Assembly (NCBI RefSeq): GCF_009834535.1
Contig: NC_045697.1
Location: forward strand, 5,396,001-5,460,000
Reading direction: 5' to 3'
Source of the DNA: Camelus ferus
Taxonomy: Eukaryota
Length of the DNA stretch: 64,000 nt
Every line of letters begins with the position of its first letter. Position 1 is the first letter of the stretch. Positions 60,421-64,000 of the stretch are shown here, one piece after another. Below the pieces are notes generated by a model, which did not search any database, was not told the DNA's origin, and worked only from the letters and a program-made list of their open reading frames with translations. Made by a program: the position numbers and the translations under genes.

Positions 60421-61210
60421 TGCCTGCCTGGGCCTCAGACTTGAAGGAAACAGTGCAAAGAAAATACTGCCTTTGGGAATCGATCGGGTCCTGTTTTTTT
60501 TTTCTGGACAAGTGACTTTGGTTGTTGCCACCTCTCCCTAACCCACAAACTGTTGAGGGGCTGTTTGGTTTGTGTGCCCAGAACAATGCCTTGGGGGTGG
60601 CCCTGGTGGGACACTTCTCCAGCTGACCCTGGTGGGACATCACTCCAACCCTGGTGGGGACAGCTGCAGGGGCCTTGTGCAGACACTTCACAAAGGGATG
60701 GCTCCTCAGTGCTGTCACACTAACAGGACTATAAATTAAGGCTGGGTTGTTTGTCTTTGGGCTGTTTTCACGGAAAGATGGAGGCAGTCTGAGCCAGGAC
60801 ATGCTCAGGCTGCTGTGGGCATGTGTCCCCTTGGCTCCGGGCCTCTGGAGCCTAGGACAGGGGAGGCCCAGAGTTCCAGGTCAGCTTTGAGGGGCACAAT
60901 ATGGCGAAGCCAGAGATGGGCACAGCCAGACACCGTGGAGCACCTGAAGAGAGGTATCATCCATGCCCGGGTCCTCATGCTACAGACAACTGAGGCACAG
61001 AGAGGTTATGTGACTTGCCCAAGGTCACAAAGCAAGTCAGTGCTACGTGGACATGAACCCAGGTTGGGCAGCAGGGGTTTAGGCCCCACATCCAAGACCA
61101 GCGCAACACGTGGACATGATTTCCAATCCTTCTCAGTTACAGATGACACCAGGATGACCTTTTGTCTAAACATGCGTATTTGCTCCTCTTTGCAATGAAT
61201 GAACTGATCT

Positions 61211-61246
61211 ACACACACACACACGCACACGCACACACACAAACAT

Positions 61247-61277
<31 letters not shown>

Positions 61278-61332
61278 CGCACACACACAAACATACACAC
61301 ACACACACACACAAACATACACACACACACAC
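61211..61332. repeat. Compound (CA)n microsatellite with recurring CG and aaacatac interruptions
   Basis: Directly visible; aaacatac occurs three times. Confidence 0.95.
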
Positions 61333-61659
61333 ATCTCAGGTTCTGAAGCCAGAGGAAATGCTGACAGCAACTGGCTGAGATGGCTCCCTGGGAGTCTGTA
61401 ATGTCCACAGCGTGAGGCCCTGTTCTCTCCCTCCATTCTGCCCTGGCCACACCGTGCCCCACCCCAGGTGCTGTCAGAACCCGGGACCAGAAAAATCTGA
61501 GGCTCTTGATCCACACAGGTGGCCAACGGCAGATGAGAACTGACCAGAGGGTCAGCCCTACAGGGTTCTTGTCCACTCTGCTCCTACCTGCTTCATGACC
61601 ACAGGCAAGCCCCTGCCCCTCTCTGGGCCTCACTTTTGCTTCCCTAAAATAAAAGTTCA

Positions 61660-61905
61660 TTTCTAGAAAGTAATTTGCTCATCTATACAGAGTCTCCAAT
61701 AATTTTGATTCAGGAATTGTACTTCGGGGAATAGATCTTACAGAAATATTTAGATATTTGTATAAATATTAGGGATAAAAGTACCTGTCCTGGTGTTATG
61801 TACACCGGCAGGTGGGAGGGAACATGAATGTCTGAACGCAGAGGGCCAGCTAAATAGACGTAAGGTCATCTAGCTAATGGAATGCTATGCAGTCATTAAA
61901 TATTT
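61660..61905 (+). mobile_element. Ancient L1M-type fragment
   Basis: ttttgattcaggaattgtacttcggggaatagatcttacagaaata...atggaatgctatgcagtcattaaa. Confidence 0.6.
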
Positions 61906-62148
61906 ATCTTTGTGATGAATTTGTAACGACACTAGCAAAGGGGGTTGGAATGCTCATGGATGAAGCAGGATACTGGGATGGCTCAATACTGGCCCTTAAA
62001 AAGTAGGTGAAGACGCAGGTGCTGGGAGCTAAGCCCCAGAAATTAAGGCTCCTCCCACTTCCCCACCAGGGCCATGAGGGCAGCTGCAGACCCCCCCCCC
62101 CCCGAGACTGAATCCAGTCTTGCCTGCAGTGTGTCAGGCACAAGTTTG

Positions 62149-62254
62149 TTTTTTATTTATTAAAGTATACTCAGTTTACAACGTAGTGTCAGTTTCTGGT
62201 GTACAGCATGTGTTTCAGTCATACATGAACATACATATATTCCTTTTCATATTC
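62149..62254 (-). mobile_element. Short L1 3'-end insertion
   Basis: ttttttatttattaaagtatactcagtttacaacgtagtgtcagtttctggtgtacagcat...catatattccttttcatattc; possible decayed TSD tcaggcacaagtttg / tcgggcatgactttg. Confidence 0.8.
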
Positions 62255-63870
62255 TCGGGCATGACTTTGGACCACCCTCCATGAGCTACATGCAGGCAAT
62301 GAAGCCAGCAGGCACCTTCACAGACCTGCTGTTGGTCATAGAGGAACAAAGCCACATGGAGCACCTGCAGAGTATCATCCCCAACCAGGTCTTCATTCTG
62401 TAGACAGCTGAGGCACAGAGAGGTCATGTGACTTGCCCTGGATCACACAGCAAGTCGGTGCTGCCTGGACGTGAACCCAGGCATGTCCACCTCTCCAAGC
62501 CCAGGGCCCATTCACAGCGAGGTCTAGCCGCTCTGAGCCCAGTGCTGGGGACTCAGCACGGAGCACCCCCTTGGGCTGGCTGTATTTATTGTGATCTCTG
62601 ACTCAGCACAGGATGAGGTTAAGTAGGGCCAGGGAAGGCGGGAGAAGTAGGGTGTTGGACTTGGGGCCGGGAATTAACAGGTGTGCAGCCTTCCCACATG
62701 TCAGGCACTGGGCCGGACACCACACACGATAGAACGAACATGTGTGAGCGGCTCACCTGGACTCGCTGCTTCCCACCTAGGACCTCATTAAATCCGCACT
62801 GCCTCCTACCCTATTATCACCCCTACTTACAGGTGGAGAATCTTCCTTGCTCAAGATTGGCAGAGCTGAGATTCAAACAAGACAGACGTGCTCCAGAGCC
62901 CGCTGGAACTCCCCATTCCGGCCCCACAACAATGGGCCCTGCCAGTTACTCTCCCTCTGCCTCAGTCCCCGCTGGATCCGCCGCAGTGACAAACTAATCC
63001 CCAGTCTTAAAGATACAGTCTGCCACAGGCCTGGTGGCTCTCCACGCAGCCCTTCCACGCCCTGACCTGGGGACTCGGTCAGCTGTCTGAGACCAAAAAT
63101 GGCTCCATCCCAGTGTTCCCCACGGCCCTGCCCTTCCCGGGCCCCGGCAGCACAAGAGACTGGAGGGAGCACGGTGTGGTCCTCTAAGGTGGCTTGTCCG
63201 GGGCTCAGCCAGGACTCCTGACCACAAAGCAGTCATCACAGGGAGCAGGGGAGCAGGACACAGAGAAGTGGGTGTTCTCCCCACTGACCAATTTGAGGGC
63301 ATCTGAGAAACCCGTTCTGGACGTGCCCAGGTGCTTCCTCCTCACTGACAGTCATGAAATTAGGGCAAGTCTGAGAAGGCCTGTCAGCCACCTGCTGCCT
63401 GCACAGAACTGGGTCCGTTCCCGCTGGAGGTGTGCCCTTGATGACCCGAGGTCCTGCAGGATCCCCCGAGAAACTGGACTGGAGGACAAGCGCTTCCACC
63501 TGAAGCCATCTTAGCCACTGACTCACAGGCTGGGAAGCTGGCCCTTGGGTGGGATGGCCCTGGGGTTCCTTCTGGAGACCGGGAGTGCATGATGAGCTCA
63601 CCCTGTCCCCTGACGGGCATCCTTAGAGAGCAGGAGCCACAGAGAGAGGAGGTGGAGCCTGCTTCTTTCAAGATGTCAAAACCCTAGCCCCTGGTCACGC
63701 GATCCCCTGACACCCTGTAGGGTTGGTGGGACTTCCCAACTCTGATGAGACAAGGCAGGACTCAGGAAGGGGCACGTGGTAGAGGGTTGCCCCAATGGCG
63801 TGATTTCCACCCCTTCGTCTCCTTTGCCACTTGACTTTGCAGTCCCTTTCACTGAAGAAACCAAGTCTTA

Positions 63871-64000
63871 CAGGCACTCCTTGTTTTACTGCGCTGCACA
63901 GATACTGAGTTTTTACAAACTGAAGGTTGGTGGCCACCCTGCGCCGAGCAAGTCTATCGGCGCCATTCTTCCAACAGCGTTTGCTCACTTCATGTCCCTG
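63871..64000 (+). mobile_element. Tigger1 (TcMar) DNA transposon, 5' end, runs off the window
   Basis: TA then caggca...cagatactgagtttttacaaactgaaggttggtggccaccctgcgccgagcaagtctatcggcgccatt...ccaacagc...gctcacttc. Confidence 0.9.

Noticed and set aside
1..64000. CRISPR array, operon or other prokaryotic system
   Set aside because: The sequence is clearly mammalian (L1, MIR, MLT, U6); no regularly spaced repeat-spacer structure or gene-dense coding.

Overview
Mammalian genomic DNA, GC-rich and dense in repeats, with no protein-coding gene I can support. None of the six-frame ORFs resembles a host protein; the recognisable ones are L1 ORF2 remnants or translations of simple repeats. A short tRNA-derived SINE (GGGGAGGGT.TAGCTCAGTGGTAGAGCG...CTGGGTTCAATCCCCAG), cetartiodactyl-type L1 3' ends and the absence of Alu, BovB/Bov-A or PRE1 suggest a camelid genome (inference). 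The window holds many old MIR, L2, MLT and DNA-transposon relics, younger 5'-truncated L1s with target-site duplications (TSDs), a near full-length Charlie1-type hAT element carrying two SINEs, a full-length U6 retrocopy with a perfect 16-bp TSD, and the start of a Tigger1. Between the repeats are about eight repeat-free blocks rich in homeodomain, TCF/LEF and SOX motifs. They look like conserved developmental enhancers in a gene desert or very large intron. I found no convincing new biological system. The best leads are the enhancer array, a decayed GAATTC-rich tandem array, an old local duplication, a purine/pyrimidine fold-back and several nested insertions. Repeat subfamily names come from recalled consensus sequences and need Dfam/RepeatMasker confirmation.
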